From: Euryarchaeota archaeon UBA130
GTDB lineage: Archaea; Thermoplasmatota; Poseidoniia; Poseidoniales; Thalassarchaeaceae
Direction: 5' to 3'
Assembly (NCBI GenBank): GCA_002505775.1
Contig: DAVY01000007.1
Location: 12,656-76,655, forward strand
DNA length: 64,000 bases
Each line of letters opens with the position of its first letter. The first letter of the stretch is position 1. Both the position numbers and the translations under genes were made by a program. Shown one piece after another: positions 18,244-28,409 of the stretch. The notes under the pieces were generated by a model, which did not search any database, was not told the DNA's origin, and saw nothing but the letters and a program-made list of their open reading frames with translations.

Positions 18244-18666
18244 TCACTCAAGCATTGACGCAACAGCCACTATAGAGGCGCGCGCATGAGGCTCGAGTCG
18301 AGGCTCGATATGCGCCGGTTCCGCCCCCGGCCCAATAATCCCAAGGCCCACCGGTTTTTCGTGAACTAGCTGGAGCTCTATGATGGACTTGATAACAGCC
18401 TGTCCCATTGCCAGACCGTGCTGAGTCTGTCCCTTCTCGATTATCCCGAGACATGCAGCACCCTCAATATCATCTCTGCTAAGCAATCTATCTAAGGCCA
18501 ATGGCACTTCCATTGCACCCGGGACCCATAAAACATCCTCAACGATTAGATTGAGTTTTACAGCTTCGTCCGATGACCACTCTAGCATTCTCTCAACTTC
18601 TGACTTATGGTACGATCCACAAACAATTCCAATCTTCCGGTCGGAGTCTTGATGATTCATCTTCAC
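18244..18666 (-). CDS. ribH: 6,7-dimethyl-8-ribityllumazine synthase
   Basis: 140 aa. IGIVCGSYHKSEVERM...WVPGAMEVPLA pattern typical of lumazine synthase. 4-nt overlap with ribE, within a rib operon. Confidence 0.8.
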   Translation of the reverse strand: MKMNHQDSDRKIGIVCGSYHKSEVERMLEWSSDEAVKLNLIVEDVLWVPGAMEVPLALDRLLSRDDIEGAACLGIIEKGQTQHGLAMGQAVIKSIIELQLVHEKPVGLGIIGPGAEPAHIEPRLEPHARASIVAVASMLE

Positions 18667-19253
18667 GCACCTCGACTTTCCATCAGTCTCTTAGTAGTCT
18701 CGACGACTGCCTGTGTCATCGCATCGATTTCAATGTTGACATGCTCACCAACGGATTTGGTACCTAATGTCGTCAACCTCAAGGTTTCAGGTATGATATG
18801 GATTGCAAAACAACCCTTGCCATCGGTATCGCCGATAGTCAGTGAGATTCCATCGACTGCAATGTACCCCTTCTCTTGTATGTAGTCCCCCATTCCAGAA
18901 GGGCACTGGATTACGTAGTCTTGATTTTCTATGGAGATGATTTCACCTTTGCCCATGATGTGGCCACTTAGTAGGTGTCCGCCTAGCTCATCACCAAACT
19001 TCAGGGCACGTTCGACATTGACATGGGAACCAGACTTTAGCGAACCCAGGGTGGTCCTCTCTAATGTTTCTGGAATTATGTCAAATGAGACTGTATTCCC
19101 CACTGAAGTTGCAGTCAGGCATACTCCATCAATCGATACGGAACCGCCTATTTTGAGGCCCTCAGTGGAGGGAATTTCGATTTCCATGGTCACGATTGAA
19201 TCGCCTGTAACTGACTTAACATAGCCAGTTCCTTGAACGATTCCGGTGAACAT
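18663..19253 (-). CDS. ribE: Riboflavin synthase, eubacterial/eukaryotic (two lumazine-binding repeats) type
   Basis: 196 aa beginning MFTGIVQGTG. Internal repeat with GGSVSIDGVCLT and GYIAVDGISLT. Confidence 0.85.
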   Translation of the reverse strand: MFTGIVQGTGYVKSVTGDSIVTMEIEIPSTEGLKIGGSVSIDGVCLTATSVGNTVSFDIIPETLERTTLGSLKSGSHVNVERALKFGDELGGHLLSGHIMGKGEIISIENQDYVIQCPSGMGDYIQEKGYIAVDGISLTIGDTDGKGCFAIHIIPETLRLTTLGTKSVGEHVNIEIDAMTQAVVETTKRLMESRGA

Positions 19254-19254
19254 G

Positions 19255-19731
19255 TCAATCCTCCTCGTAAGGCCCGCCTTCGGAGTTAGGCCAAAGGTCC
19301 AGTATCCTGGAAATTATCTTTCGAGTCCCGTCCAGATCATCCGATAGCCCCTCAACCCTTGTTATTCCTACTTCAGAGAACCCGTGTTTGTCGAGCCCAC
19401 TTCTAATTGAGTCAATAGAATGCTTCTGATCGTATCCTAAGGCAATAAGGTCAGGCTTTACAACACTGAGGATGTCGAAAATAGGGGTTCCTGGCGAGTT
19501 ACCAATTATTGCCATATCTACTGGTTTAAGCCCATTAACCATCCTACACCTTAGATCTTGACTGGTAACAGGCTCGTGCTTTTGTGTACGGACGGTATCA
19601 TCATGTGCAACAACCACTACCAGTTCATCACCCAGAGACTTTGCCTGTTCCAGATAATGTAGATGGCCTGCATGAAGCAAATCAAAAACCCCAACTGCCA
19701 TGACTCTAACCATCTTTCTGTCCTCCTTCAA
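19255..19731 (-). CDS. ribL: Archaeal FAD synthetase (FMN adenylyltransferase), RibL-type cytidylyltransferase fold
   Basis: 158 aa. VMAVGVFDLLHAGHLHYL (HxGH nucleotidyltransferase motif). Size and rib-operon context fit RibL. Confidence 0.75.
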   Translation of the reverse strand: MKEDRKMVRVMAVGVFDLLHAGHLHYLEQAKSLGDELVVVVAHDDTVRTQKHEPVTSQDLRCRMVNGLKPVDMAIIGNSPGTPIFDILSVVKPDLIALGYDQKHSIDSIRSGLDKHGFSEVGITRVEGLSDDLDGTRKIISRILDLWPNSEGGPYEED

Positions 19732-19738
19732 AGCTACA

Positions 19739-20461
19739 TTAATCTAGATTAATTGAATCAAGAATGTCCTTTCCCGTAATCATCGGTATTCCATGCTTCT
19801 CAGCGTATTTTCTCGACTCTTCCAGGGACAAGGCGCCATCTCCATTGGGATCCAGCATTTCTGCCCCAATAGTACATGGGACATTGCCTGAAAGCCTGGC
19901 TATCGAAACTGCCAACTCTGTATGTCCTTGCCTATTGCTCAGTCCTCCGGGTGACTCCCTGCATAATGGAATATGGCCAGGGGTTCTAAATTCGTCACCC
20001 AATGCCTTCATGGCTTCGGATTTGGAGGCATCTGCCATTTCACCGGCAAGCTCTCCGAATCTTCTTGTTGTGAGGGCTCTGTCTCTGTCAGTTATTCCGG
20101 TGTAGGTTTTCCTGTGGTTTAGAGACAGCGTGAAGGCAGATCTAGAGTCATATTGTAAATCATCAGTTATGAGGTGTCCTAGGACTGGATTTTTGGTCAC
20201 AAGGGATGAATCAGAATGAATATCTTGTAGCCATGGAAGGCCGAATTTCTCACCTATTTCGTTCCCTATTGCCAGGAAAAGTAAGCCCCCACAATCCTTC
20301 CTCAGCCTCCTCATTATCTGAGGTGTAGCGGAAGTAGCTGGCCAAAGAAGATCCGTTTCTTTCTCTCTAAAATCAGAATCGAAAATCATCACAGGTTGAC
20401 CCTTAGCAAAGGCCTCAATCGCCTCGGCGACGCTCTCACTCATGTATTCCGGAGGGGCCAT
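19739..20461 (-). CDS. ribB: 3,4-dihydroxy-2-butanone 4-phosphate synthase
   Basis: FDSDFREKETDLLWPA, GGLLFLA and HTELAV motifs. ATG at 20461 preferred over GTG at 20470. Confidence 0.85.
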   Translation of the reverse strand: MAPPEYMSESVAEAIEAFAKGQPVMIFDSDFREKETDLLWPATSATPQIMRRLRKDCGGLLFLAIGNEIGEKFGLPWLQDIHSDSSLVTKNPVLGHLITDDLQYDSRSAFTLSLNHRKTYTGITDRDRALTTRRFGELAGEMADASKSEAMKALGDEFRTPGHIPLCRESPGGLSNRQGHTELAVSIARLSGNVPCTIGAEMLDPNGDGALSLEESRKYAEKHGIPMITGKDILDSINLD

Positions 20462-20605
20462 ACCTACCACTTATTTTCGGTCAGACTGTCTACTATGTTA
20501 ATCTTTGATTAACACCATCTTTTATCGATAAATGAATAATTGTAGATGCAAAATCTTGGAGTGACTAGTCCGAAGCCCTAAACGTTACCAGCATCAGCCA
20601 GACCC

Positions 20606-23600
20606 ATGGCGGGACGCAGGGCGACAGTTGCCTCGTTGATCGTTCTACTAATGTTAGTCCCAATGGCGTCCTCGAATCTTCATCCTGCCCTTGACAGGAA
20701 AGGAGGCCCCGACGCGGACGGCGTTTGGACATCTAGCGTAGAGTCAGATCTCCATTCTGGGTGGTGGGAGCATTGGAGTAGGGACAAAGATAGAGACTCA
20801 CTAGATGATAGACTGGAGTGGATCCTCGAACTGCAAGAGGACTTCCAGAGAGATTGGTGGAAGAGAGCTGACTCCGGTTTCGCAAGAGTAATCGTCGACT
20901 ATGATCACCACCCATCTGATGCGGATGTCTCGGAGCTCGAAAAATTAGGTGTGGATGTCACATTCCGCCCCAAATATTTGGACTCATTAATAGTAACAGC
21001 TCCTTTCAAATCAATCACCTCCTCAGAAGGCATTCGTTCGCTTACTGGGGTTGTAATGATAGAGGATTTGGGATTAGCAGAACCCCACATGGCCGAAGCC
21101 ATCCCCAACATGGGCGTGGATCTAGTGTGGAACGATTTCGGTTTTGATGGAACAGGCTCCGTAGTAGCTGTCCTGGACACGGGAGTCAGGGGAGACCATG
21201 AGGGCTTGAATGATATGGATGACGAGCCATTTACAACCGGTTGCGAGCAGCCTAGTCCGGATCCTCTGGACCCGAACCCGATTTTCGTAGATTGCGATCC
21301 AAAGATTATCGCATTCTATGACGCAGTCTTGATGGACGCAGAACAAGACCCATCGTCATCTTATGATTCTGGCACTCATGGGACACACGTAGCCGGGATT
21401 GCCGCAGGAACTGGGGGAGGGCAAGCAGACCCTACAACCGGTCAGAGGCACATTGGGGCTGCCCCTGGGGCATTTTTGATTAATATCTTGGCGTGTTGTG
21501 ACGGGGATATTGAGGATGTAATTCAAGGCGCGCAATGGGCGATCGAAAACAAAGATAAGTACGGGATTGACATTTTGACCTCATCTCTCGGGGAACAACA
21601 ACTAGAAGTCCATTTTGACAATGATGGAAACTCAGCATGGAGTAGGCAAATGGATGCAGTAGTAGAGGCAGGGATAATCACAACTCTGTCTGCCGGGAAC
21701 GAGTTTGGGGGTGCCACTTTTGCTGGTTGCAATACAATAGACAGCCCTGGTGATGCACAACTTCCGGTTACTGTAGCTAGCCTGGACAAGGACTTAGGGC
21801 TTGCAATATACAGCAGTAGAGGATACACTTCTGATGGAAGGGTGAAGCCTGATGTGGCTACAATCGGATCGAATATCATGGCTCCTGATGCCGCAACAAG
21901 TGATGGCTACACGTCAAAGTCCGGAACTAGCATGGCAACCCCACTGATGGCAGGAATTGCTGCGCTGATGGTTGAAGCTAATCCTGATATCACTCCTGCT
22001 GAATTCAAAGATATCATCTCTGCACATTCAATAGAGAGAGACCTACAACTCTTGGATGATCCGGGTTTTAATGACTGCAGTCTCTTGGAGACCCGTCCAG
22101 ATAACGAGTTCGGATATGGTCAGGCAGACCCATTAGCTTTCGTAGAAGCCGCTGGTAGTATTGACAGAACACTGAATGTTTCGATGAATCTCGAGACCCT
22201 GCAAGAAATTGGAAACCAGTCATATGTCTCGGGCACAGCTTCTGGAGTTGCCCCAGGAATGGGCATTGTAGAAGTAAGAGTAGGAGGAGGAGATTGGAAA
22301 GGGGCCGCTGATATAAAGGGAGATTGGAGTGAATGGAGAATAAAGCTTGACCCTCATTTAGAATCTGGAAACTCTACGATCTATGCCAGACTTGTAGTTT
22401 CAGAGGACAGTATCTCGCCAGTAGACGCAAGGAGGGTCATCTTGGTAGATGGAGAAGCTTCTGATGCGATGTCGGGAGATTTTATGCAATTCGGACTCTC
22501 TGTATTCCTGTTCCCATTTTTGTGTGCCGTGGCACTAATTTCATTCGTTGCTTTTAGGGAAAGGTGGGACAAGAAGATCGACCTCTCGACAAAGAGCTCT
22601 GATTCATCGTCCAAGTTTGTTAAGACTCTGGAAGCCGTTAATCCCATTCACTATCCGGGTTATGTTGGATCAGCTGTTGAATCTTGGAAAGAGGGGGAGT
22701 CACTTACCGAGAACCAATTCAGAAGGTATGTCTCACTTTCTATCCTCTACACTGCCCAAGGACTTCCACAGGGATTCACCTATGTGGCATTTCCTGCATT
22801 CCTAGCTGTTAACAATGTCAGTCCGGTCGCTATAGCACAACTCTGGGCGGCAATAGCATTGCCATGGACATTCAAATTCGTATGGGGCCCGATGGTGGAC
22901 GGTATACAAGCTCCAAACTATGGTAGAAGGAGGCCGTGGATTTTATTCGCACAGACAGGCATGGTAGTAACATTAGGGGCATTGCTCTTTGTTTCTGATT
23001 TGGCTCAATCCATACAATTAGTAACTCTGATGCTTTTCATCCACAATCTCTTTTCATCTTTACAAGACGTGGGTGTCGACGCATTAGCTGTAGATGTATT
23101 ACAGCCAGACGAGGTTGCCAAGGCGAATGGATTCATGTTCGCAGCCAAGAGAGCTGGATACATACTTGGTGGAGCGATACTCGGAATAATGGCCACTAAA
23201 TTTGGCATCAAATCAGCCATAGTAATCCAACTCCCCTTGTTGGTGTTAATCATGGCACTTCCGTTGTTCCTTAGAGAGAGGCCAGGGGACAAGCTCTTCC
23301 CATGGAGTGCCGCGCGAAAATCCAGTCTTTGGGATGCTCAAGAACAGGATTCCGATGAGAGCGAAGATGAAAGCTCTGACGAGTCTGAGTTAGAGATTCC
23401 ATGGATGGAGAATGAGGAAGAAGATCCTTACAGAGCTGCAAATTGGACCGCAAGGAACTTAATTTCAAGAAAAATTACTCTCCCTGCGGCTACCCTTTGG
23501 GTATCTATTGCGCTTATCCTTCTGGGGATGGTAGTTTACATCGGAGGCGTGTTACTTGAGGAGAACTGGCGAGATCGCCCCATTTTATTCATGGACATAG

Positions 23601-24421
23601 TAGATTTCGCAGTTATATCTCTCTCTGCAGTGGTGATACTACAGCTATCCCAGAAACTAGGTCTAAGACTCCCTATGGTGCCCAATCCGTTTTCCAACGC
23701 AATGAAGGGGCCTGCCATAACGTCATACAATATCGTGAAAGGTTTCTCGTTGAGGTCTTCTTTCCTACTCATATTCCTTTGCCTTCTCTCGGAACTGTAT
23801 CTTTTTGTCGACCCCATCGTGCTTGATATTTTCATTAATGAGGCTGGCTGGGAGATGGACAAATACAGCGCTGTAATGGGTGGTATTGTGATTGCTTTCC
23901 TTATGGCGGGGCAATTAATAGGCGGATTCCTGGGTGATAGATTCGGCGTCAGGGAGGTTGCAATGATAGGATTCACTCTGTTGGCTCTGGCTAATGCGGG
24001 GCTTGCCCTGTTGCAGGGATATTGGGAGAATACAACTGTCATGGTTGCCTACCTCTGCCTTAGAGCAATTATCAATGGATTGGCTTGGATTTCAATTATA
24101 TCCGTATCTATGCGCCTTACCTATAGTAAAGCTGGGGGCACCCAATTTACAGCATACATGTCGTTGTTCAATCTTTCTGGGGTAATCGCACTTAGTTTAA
24201 CGGGGAAGGCGATTGAAATCATGGATTACATCTCAGCCTTGTATCTTGGAGCCGCCTTAACTCTAATGACCGTGATATTCCTTGTGTTCATTGACCCTGA
24301 CGAGTGCGATAGGGTATTAGAAGGAAGGTTAGAAGGCGGGGATGGAGAAGTTTACGAGGCTGACTTGGGAGAGGTTCCCGGTTGGTGGGAGGATGAAGAA
24401 CCGGATGCCGTCCCTTCATGA
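20606..24421 (+). CDS. Fusion protein: secreted subtilisin-like S8 protease, a single TM linker, then an AmpG/PAT-family MFS permease
   Basis: One uninterrupted 1271-codon ORF. Signal-like N-terminus, then S8 triad motifs VAVLDTGV, HGTHVAGIAAG and SGTSMATPLMAG. TM helix FGLSVFLFPFLCAVALISFVAF follows. The MFS part carries LPWTFKFVWGPMVD..YGRRRPWIL, SSLQDVGVDALAVDVL and TQFTAYMSL, matching E. coli AmpG motifs FKFLWSPLMD..GRRRGWLL, SASQDIVFDAWKTDVL and TQFALLSAL. Confidence 0.85.
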   Translation: MAGRRATVASLIVLLMLVPMASSNLHPALDRKGGPDADGVWTSSVESDLHSGWWEHWSRDKDRDSLDDRLEWILELQEDFQRDWWKRADSGFARVIVDYDHHPSDADVSELEKLGVDVTFRPKYLDSLIVTAPFKSITSSEGIRSLTGVVMIEDLGLAEPHMAEAIPNMGVDLVWNDFGFDGTGSVVAVLDTGVRGDHEGLNDMDDEPFTTGCEQPSPDPLDPNPIFVDCDPKIIAFYDAVLMDAEQDPSSSYDSGTHGTHVAGIAAGTGGGQADPTTGQRHIGAAPGAFLINILACCDGDIEDVIQGAQWAIENKDKYGIDILTSSLGEQQLEVHFDNDGNSAWSRQMDAVVEAGIITTLSAGNEFGGATFAGCNTIDSPGDAQLPVTVASLDKDLGLAIYSSRGYTSDGRVKPDVATIGSNIMAPDAATSDGYTSKSGTSMATPLMAGIAALMVEANPDITPAEFKDIISAHSIERDLQLLDDPGFNDCSLLETRPDNEFGYGQADPLAFVEAAGSIDRTLNVSMNLETLQEIGNQSYVSGTASGVAPGMGIVEVRVGGGDWKGAADIKGDWSEWRIKLDPHLESGNSTIYARLVVSEDSISPVDARRVILVDGEASDAMSGDFMQFGLSVFLFPFLCAVALISFVAFRERWDKKIDLSTKSSDSSSKFVKTLEAVNPIHYPGYVGSAVESWKEGESLTENQFRRYVSLSILYTAQGLPQGFTYVAFPAFLAVNNVSPVAIAQLWAAIALPWTFKFVWGPMVDGIQAPNYGRRRPWILFAQTGMVVTLGALLFVSDLAQSIQLVTLMLFIHNLFSSLQDVGVDALAVDVLQPDEVAKANGFMFAAKRAGYILGGAILGIMATKFGIKSAIVIQLPLLVLIMALPLFLRERPGDKLFPWSAARKSSLWDAQEQDSDESEDESSDESELEIPWMENEEEDPYRAANWTARNLISRKITLPAATLWVSIALILLGMVVYIGGVLLEENWRDRPILFMDIVDFAVISLSAVVILQLSQKLGLRLPMVPNPFSNAMKGPAITSYNIVKGFSLRSSFLLIFLCLLSELYLFVDPIVLDIFINEAGWEMDKYSAVMGGIVIAFLMAGQLIGGFLGDRFGVREVAMIGFTLLALANAGLALLQGYWENTTVMVAYLCLRAIINGLAWISIISVSMRLTYSKAGGTQFTAYMSLFNLSGVIALSLTGKAIEIMDYISALYLGAALTLMTVIFLVFIDPDECDRVLEGRLEGGDGEVYEADLGEVPGWWEDEEPDAVPS

Positions 24422-24671
24422 TCACCTAGAGTCCGCGAATACGGACTTCCTATTTTTCAGCCAGACTGTTTGCCCCTACTGCGTCAGAGCTGCCAGGACT
24501 CTAGAGGCGAAAAATCTCACATACACAGAGGTCAATCTCGATAGGTTCGAAGGCCTGAGAGGGGAAGTAGTATCGAAGACAGGACATAGGACTGTACCGG
24601 TGGTCTTTGACCTGCGTGGGACTGAACCAATTTTTGTAGGAGGTTCGGACCATCTCATTGACTATCTGTGA
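24405..24671 (+). CDS. Glutaredoxin-like protein
   Basis: CPYC active site, TVPVVF and GGSDHL motifs. The ATG at 24405 (or 24393) is preferred over the track start at 24342, which overlaps the preceding gene by 80 nt. Confidence 0.75.
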   Translation: MPSLHDHLESANTDFLFFSQTVCPYCVRAARTLEAKNLTYTEVNLDRFEGLRGEVVSKTGHRTVPVVFDLRGTEPIFVGGSDHLIDYL

Positions 24672-25272
24672 TATTTTCAGCTATCGAAGATATCATCTCC
24701 TTCATTTCTTCAAATTGGCCTAAATTTACCATGTGACCCTTTTTGTGCTGAAACCTAGTGACAGGCCATCCAGATTCTTCGAATATTTCGATATGCTCAA
24801 TTCCCACGTCTAGTGATACCAAATGATCGCTTTCTCCATGCATCCAAATTACCGGCCGTGGCTTTAGGAATGGAAGTGAGCCCCTCAATTCATCAGGCCT
24901 TACAGTCTTTGTAGCAATCAATATCAGTCCGACTATCGAATTACTTGCACTAGTCTCAAGTAAGGACGATGCCATCGCTCCTCCTTGAGAGAATCCTCCA
25001 ACAATTATCGGACCATCGGGCAGTATCTCTAAGATTGCAGAAATCGACTCCTCCATTTGGGATAATGACTCATCCTTGGAGACGCCGTCTTCGAAAAGCC
25101 ACCATGCAAAGCCCCCTCTCGTGGGGTGCCTGATTTTCGCCTGCGGGCACAAAGTCGACCATCCTTCCGGGGTTAGGCTTCTCGCAAGATTCTCCATCTT
25201 CTCAGACGTGCCGGTCATTCCGTGCATCATAACGAGCGTACCCTTGCTCATGCGATCACTCATAGATTCCAT
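24655..25272 (-). CDS. Alpha/beta hydrolase, phospholipase/carboxylesterase (Abhydrolase_2) family
   Basis: 205 aa. Nucleophile elbow GFSQGGAMA; later HGESDHLV and a His near the C-terminus (KKGHMV). Confidence 0.7.
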   Translation of the reverse strand: MESMSDRMSKGTLVMMHGMTGTSEKMENLARSLTPEGWSTLCPQAKIRHPTRGGFAWWLFEDGVSKDESLSQMEESISAILEILPDGPIIVGGFSQGGAMASSLLETSASNSIVGLILIATKTVRPDELRGSLPFLKPRPVIWMHGESDHLVSLDVGIEHIEIFEESGWPVTRFQHKKGHMVNLGQFEEMKEMISSIAENITDSQ

Positions 25273-26228
25273 TGGAAAACCAATGCCCCAGCAACCTTTA
25301 GGTGGATGTACGAAGATTGGCCACGAACCGTGACTGTGAGTGAGTAATCCCCTGAGTTGGAAGGAATAGTGCCTATTGCTCCCTTTTCAGTCGCTCCAGA
25401 ACCCCATGCACGGGTCAGTGGAGAAGCTCCAGCATGGTCCTTCATTGTCAGGGAGCCAGATGACGCACCAGTAGATTCTATCTCGACGTCAAGATACCAA
25501 ACCAGGGTGTCCCAATCTCCCTCTGTTGGATGTCCATCGTCAAAAAATGAGTCATATATTTCCTGGTCATTCTCCTCATAAAGCCGATCAATTAAGTCTC
25601 TAGCCCTGTAGAAGAATACATCCCCCTGATAGTCCGACCTGGCGACATTTAGATCCATTCGTAACTGGTTCCGCCCATCAGAGTCTTCCCATACCAGCCT
25701 TTCTAGGAATCCATCACTTCCGCTAAATGTATACTGCAATTCATGGCCCTCGGAGGATTCTGCACTAACTCTTGCATTCCCATTGTTTATTGAAACAGTA
25801 GTAGCACTCCATTCTTGGCCAAATAGAATGAATGACCATTGATCACCAACAGTCCATGGAAATGAGAATACTTGTTGCGGTATTCCATTTTCGTATACAG
25901 ATAATCCATCAATTGTCATCCGTCCGAGAAATGGATTATGGTTAATCACGGCATGCCTCTGTGCTTCTCTCTCTGAAGAAATTCCGACTTGATAATCCCC
26001 CGTTTCGTTGTCTATCTCTGCAACAACTAACCTCGCGCTGTCTTCTCCAAATTGTGGTGTTATAAACGTGTAGAGCCAATTGTTCCCAACTTTCCACTCA
26101 GGGAGAAGTATATCTTCATCCTTAGTTTCTCCCGATTGTCCTGAATCCCCAGTCTCAATGCAACCCGAGACAATGCATATCAACATCAAACAGGCCATCC
26201 CAATCGCAGACCTGCCTCTCATGGCCAT
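25260..26228 (-). CDS. Hypothetical secreted lipoprotein
   Basis: 322 aa. N-terminus MAMRGRSAIGMACLMLICIVSGC (lipobox-like). Acidic, beta-rich mature part with no recognised domain. Confidence 0.6.
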   Translation of the reverse strand: MAMRGRSAIGMACLMLICIVSGCIETGDSGQSGETKDEDILLPEWKVGNNWLYTFITPQFGEDSARLVVAEIDNETGDYQVGISSEREAQRHAVINHNPFLGRMTIDGLSVYENGIPQQVFSFPWTVGDQWSFILFGQEWSATTVSINNGNARVSAESSEGHELQYTFSGSDGFLERLVWEDSDGRNQLRMDLNVARSDYQGDVFFYRARDLIDRLYEENDQEIYDSFFDDGHPTEGDWDTLVWYLDVEIESTGASSGSLTMKDHAGASPLTRAWGSGATEKGAIGTIPSNSGDYSLTVTVRGQSSYIHLKVAGALVFQWNL

Positions 26229-26267
26229 GCGACAGGGGGCACAGTCAAGAGACTGACGCTTTTTCTT

Positions 26268-28331
26268 TCACAGTAATCCGGCGATAACAACTGAAACTAT
26301 TGACATTAGCTTAATCAAAATGTTCAGTGAGGGTCCGCTAGTATCCTTGAATGGATCACCTATTGTGTCTCCGACAACTGCAGCGGAGTGAGCTTCGTCA
26401 CCTTTCTGGGCACCTGGTATCTCACCTTGCTCGATCGCCTTCTTGGCATTATCCCATGCGCCTCCTGCATTGGCCATGAAGAGTGCCATGAGGACCCCTG
26501 TGGCTGTTGCTCCAGCCAGAGTTCCGCCAAGTGCTGCAGGACCGAGAATGATCCCGATTATCACAGGGCTCATTATAGCAACCAATCCTGGTAGAACCAT
26601 CTCACGAAGAGCTGCTTGTGTCGAGATATCGACGCAAGTTGCACTGTCCGGTTCAACTCCTTCACGACCTTCCAATAGTCCATCAATCTCCCTAAATTGT
26701 CTACGAATCTCTGTGATCATGTCTTCTGCAGCACGTCCAACAGACTTCATTGTCATGGCAGCCACTACGAATGGCAGGGCACCACCAATTAGTAGTCCTA
26801 TGACGACATCTGGCTCAGTCAAGGAAAGATCCGCGGCCTCAAGTCCCGCACTGGTTTTGTATGCAGCGAACAGTGCCAAGGCAGTTAAAGCGGCACTGCC
26901 AATAGCGAATCCCTTCCCAATCGCAGCAGTTGTGTTCCCGATGGAATCCAGTCCGTCCGTGATGTCACGAACTTCCTTTCCTAGGCCTGACATTTCTGCA
27001 ATTCCTCCAGCGTTGTCTGCGACAGGACCATACGCATCAACAGTCATTGTAACTCCAACTGTTCCAAGCATCCCCATTGCGGCCATTGCAATGCCGTACA
27101 AGCCTGCATCTCCGCCTCCCATCACATCATTAGCTCCATAGATACCAGCGGCCATAAGAAGTACTGGGATGAATACAGATTGCATACCCACTGCGAGGCC
27201 AGCGATTGCATTTGTCGCACTCCCTGTCTTCGAGGCCTCTCCAATGTATGGGATAGCTTCGACCTTTATTCCGAAAACTGGCTCAATTCCTGTGTAGTAT
27301 TCAGTTACCAAACCAATCAGGATACCCACGAGTGATCCAATCGCCACAGCGTAGATTACTTTAGTCTCCAAGTCCAGGTAGTCTAGAGCAAGATATCCTC
27401 CTCCAATAAACAATGCCGCGCCGATGAAAGTGGTGTTTCGTAGTGCGGCGCCGGGATCCATGTTCTTCATCGCGGTAATCGAAAAGACTCCAATTATGGA
27501 AGCGACGTAACCAACTACTGCTAGGACGATTGGAATCATCAGATACTCGTCACCTAGAGTTTCCGAGCTGGCGGCGGCGATTACCATTGCAGCGATTATG
27601 CTACCAACGAAGGACTCGAAAATGTCCGCACCCATGCCAGCCACGTCTCCTACATTGTCACCGACGTTATCAGCAATTACTCCGGGATTTCTGGGATCAT
27701 CCTCTGGGATTCCCGCTTCTACCTTCCCGACAAGGTCTGCCCCGACATCCGCGGCTTTCGTGTAAATTCCTCCGCCGACTCTGGCGAATAGAGCAATGGA
27801 AGAAGCTCCCATTCCAAATCCAGCAATATTGCCAACCGTAAGGAATCCGTCACCATCGGATGGGCCAGTCAAGAAATACATTAGAGATATTCCGAACAGC
27901 CCTAGCCCACCGACCGCCAAGCCCATGACCGCACCGCCGTTGTAAGAGGTAGTGAGGGCGGCGGCCTGGCCACCATTTGCAGCAGCTTGGGCAGTTCGTC
28001 CATTAGCGCTTGTGGCGGACTGCATGCCACTGAATCCCGCGGCAACGCTACAAAAAGCACCGATAATGAAGGCGACCATGGTTTCGAAACCAAGGCCGTT
28101 CTCTTCGCCTCCGAACAATAGTAGTGCAGATACCACTGCAATGAAAACAGCCAACATCCTATATTCAGCCATGAGGAAGGCCATTGCGCCATCCTGTATT
28201 CTCCCTGTGATTGTAGCTACCGTCTTGTTCTCAATCTCTATTGAATCGACCTTCTTGTAAAGCATGAATGCGATAAGTAGGCCAAATATTCCTACTCCCA
28301 TTCCAATTGTTCCTAGTGTATCTCCTTCCAT
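26268..28331 (-). CDS. hppA: Membrane-integral ion-translocating pyrophosphatase, K+-dependent signature
   Basis: 687 aa. [20 protein letters not shown] and [18 protein letters not shown] motifs. Ala (GNTTAA) rather than Lys at the K+-dependence position indicates the K+-stimulated type. Confidence 0.95.
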   Translation of the reverse strand: MEGDTLGTIGMGVGIFGLLIAFMLYKKVDSIEIENKTVATITGRIQDGAMAFLMAEYRMLAVFIAVVSALLLFGGEENGLGFETMVAFIIGAFCSVAAGFSGMQSATSANGRTAQAAANGGQAAALTTSYNGGAVMGLAVGGLGLFGISLMYFLTGPSDGDGFLTVGNIAGFGMGASSIALFARVGGGIYTKAADVGADLVGKVEAGIPEDDPRNPGVIADNVGDNVGDVAGMGADIFESFVGSIIAAMVIAAASSETLGDEYLMIPIVLAVVGYVASIIGVFSITAMKNMDPGAALRNTTFIGAALFIGGGYLALDYLDLETKVIYAVAIGSLVGILIGLVTEYYTGIEPVFGIKVEAIPYIGEASKTGSATNAIAGLAVGMQSVFIPVLLMAAGIYGANDVMGGGDAGLYGIAMAAMGMLGTVGVTMTVDAYGPVADNAGGIAEMSGLGKEVRDITDGLDSIGNTTAAIGKGFAIGSAALTALALFAAYKTSAGLEAADLSLTEPDVVIGLLIGGALPFVVAAMTMKSVGRAAEDMITEIRRQFREIDGLLEGREGVEPDSATCVDISTQAALREMVLPGLVAIMSPVIIGIILGPAALGGTLAGATATGVLMALFMANAGGAWDNAKKAIEQGEIPGAQKGDEAHSAAVVGDTIGDPFKDTSGPSLNILIKLMSIVSVVIAGLL

Positions 28332-28409
28332 ATGGTATCAACCCGTATCGGTCCCGCGACAAAAGTCCCACTTATAATTCAAGCCGTAAAATAACACAAT
28401 TAGTGACAA

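Noticed and set aside
26443-27141. Long antisense ORFs opposite well-supported genes. Examples: 26443..27141 opposite the pyrophosphatase, 1190..1699, 9749..10297, 14824..15294, 23536..24042, 45768..46415, 50501..50959, 53891..54403, 63480..63824.
   Set aside because: Each lies fully inside a gene on the other strand that has strong family motifs. Their translations are low-complexity (Ser/Pro/Arg-rich) with no recognisable motifs, which is typical of shadow ORFs.
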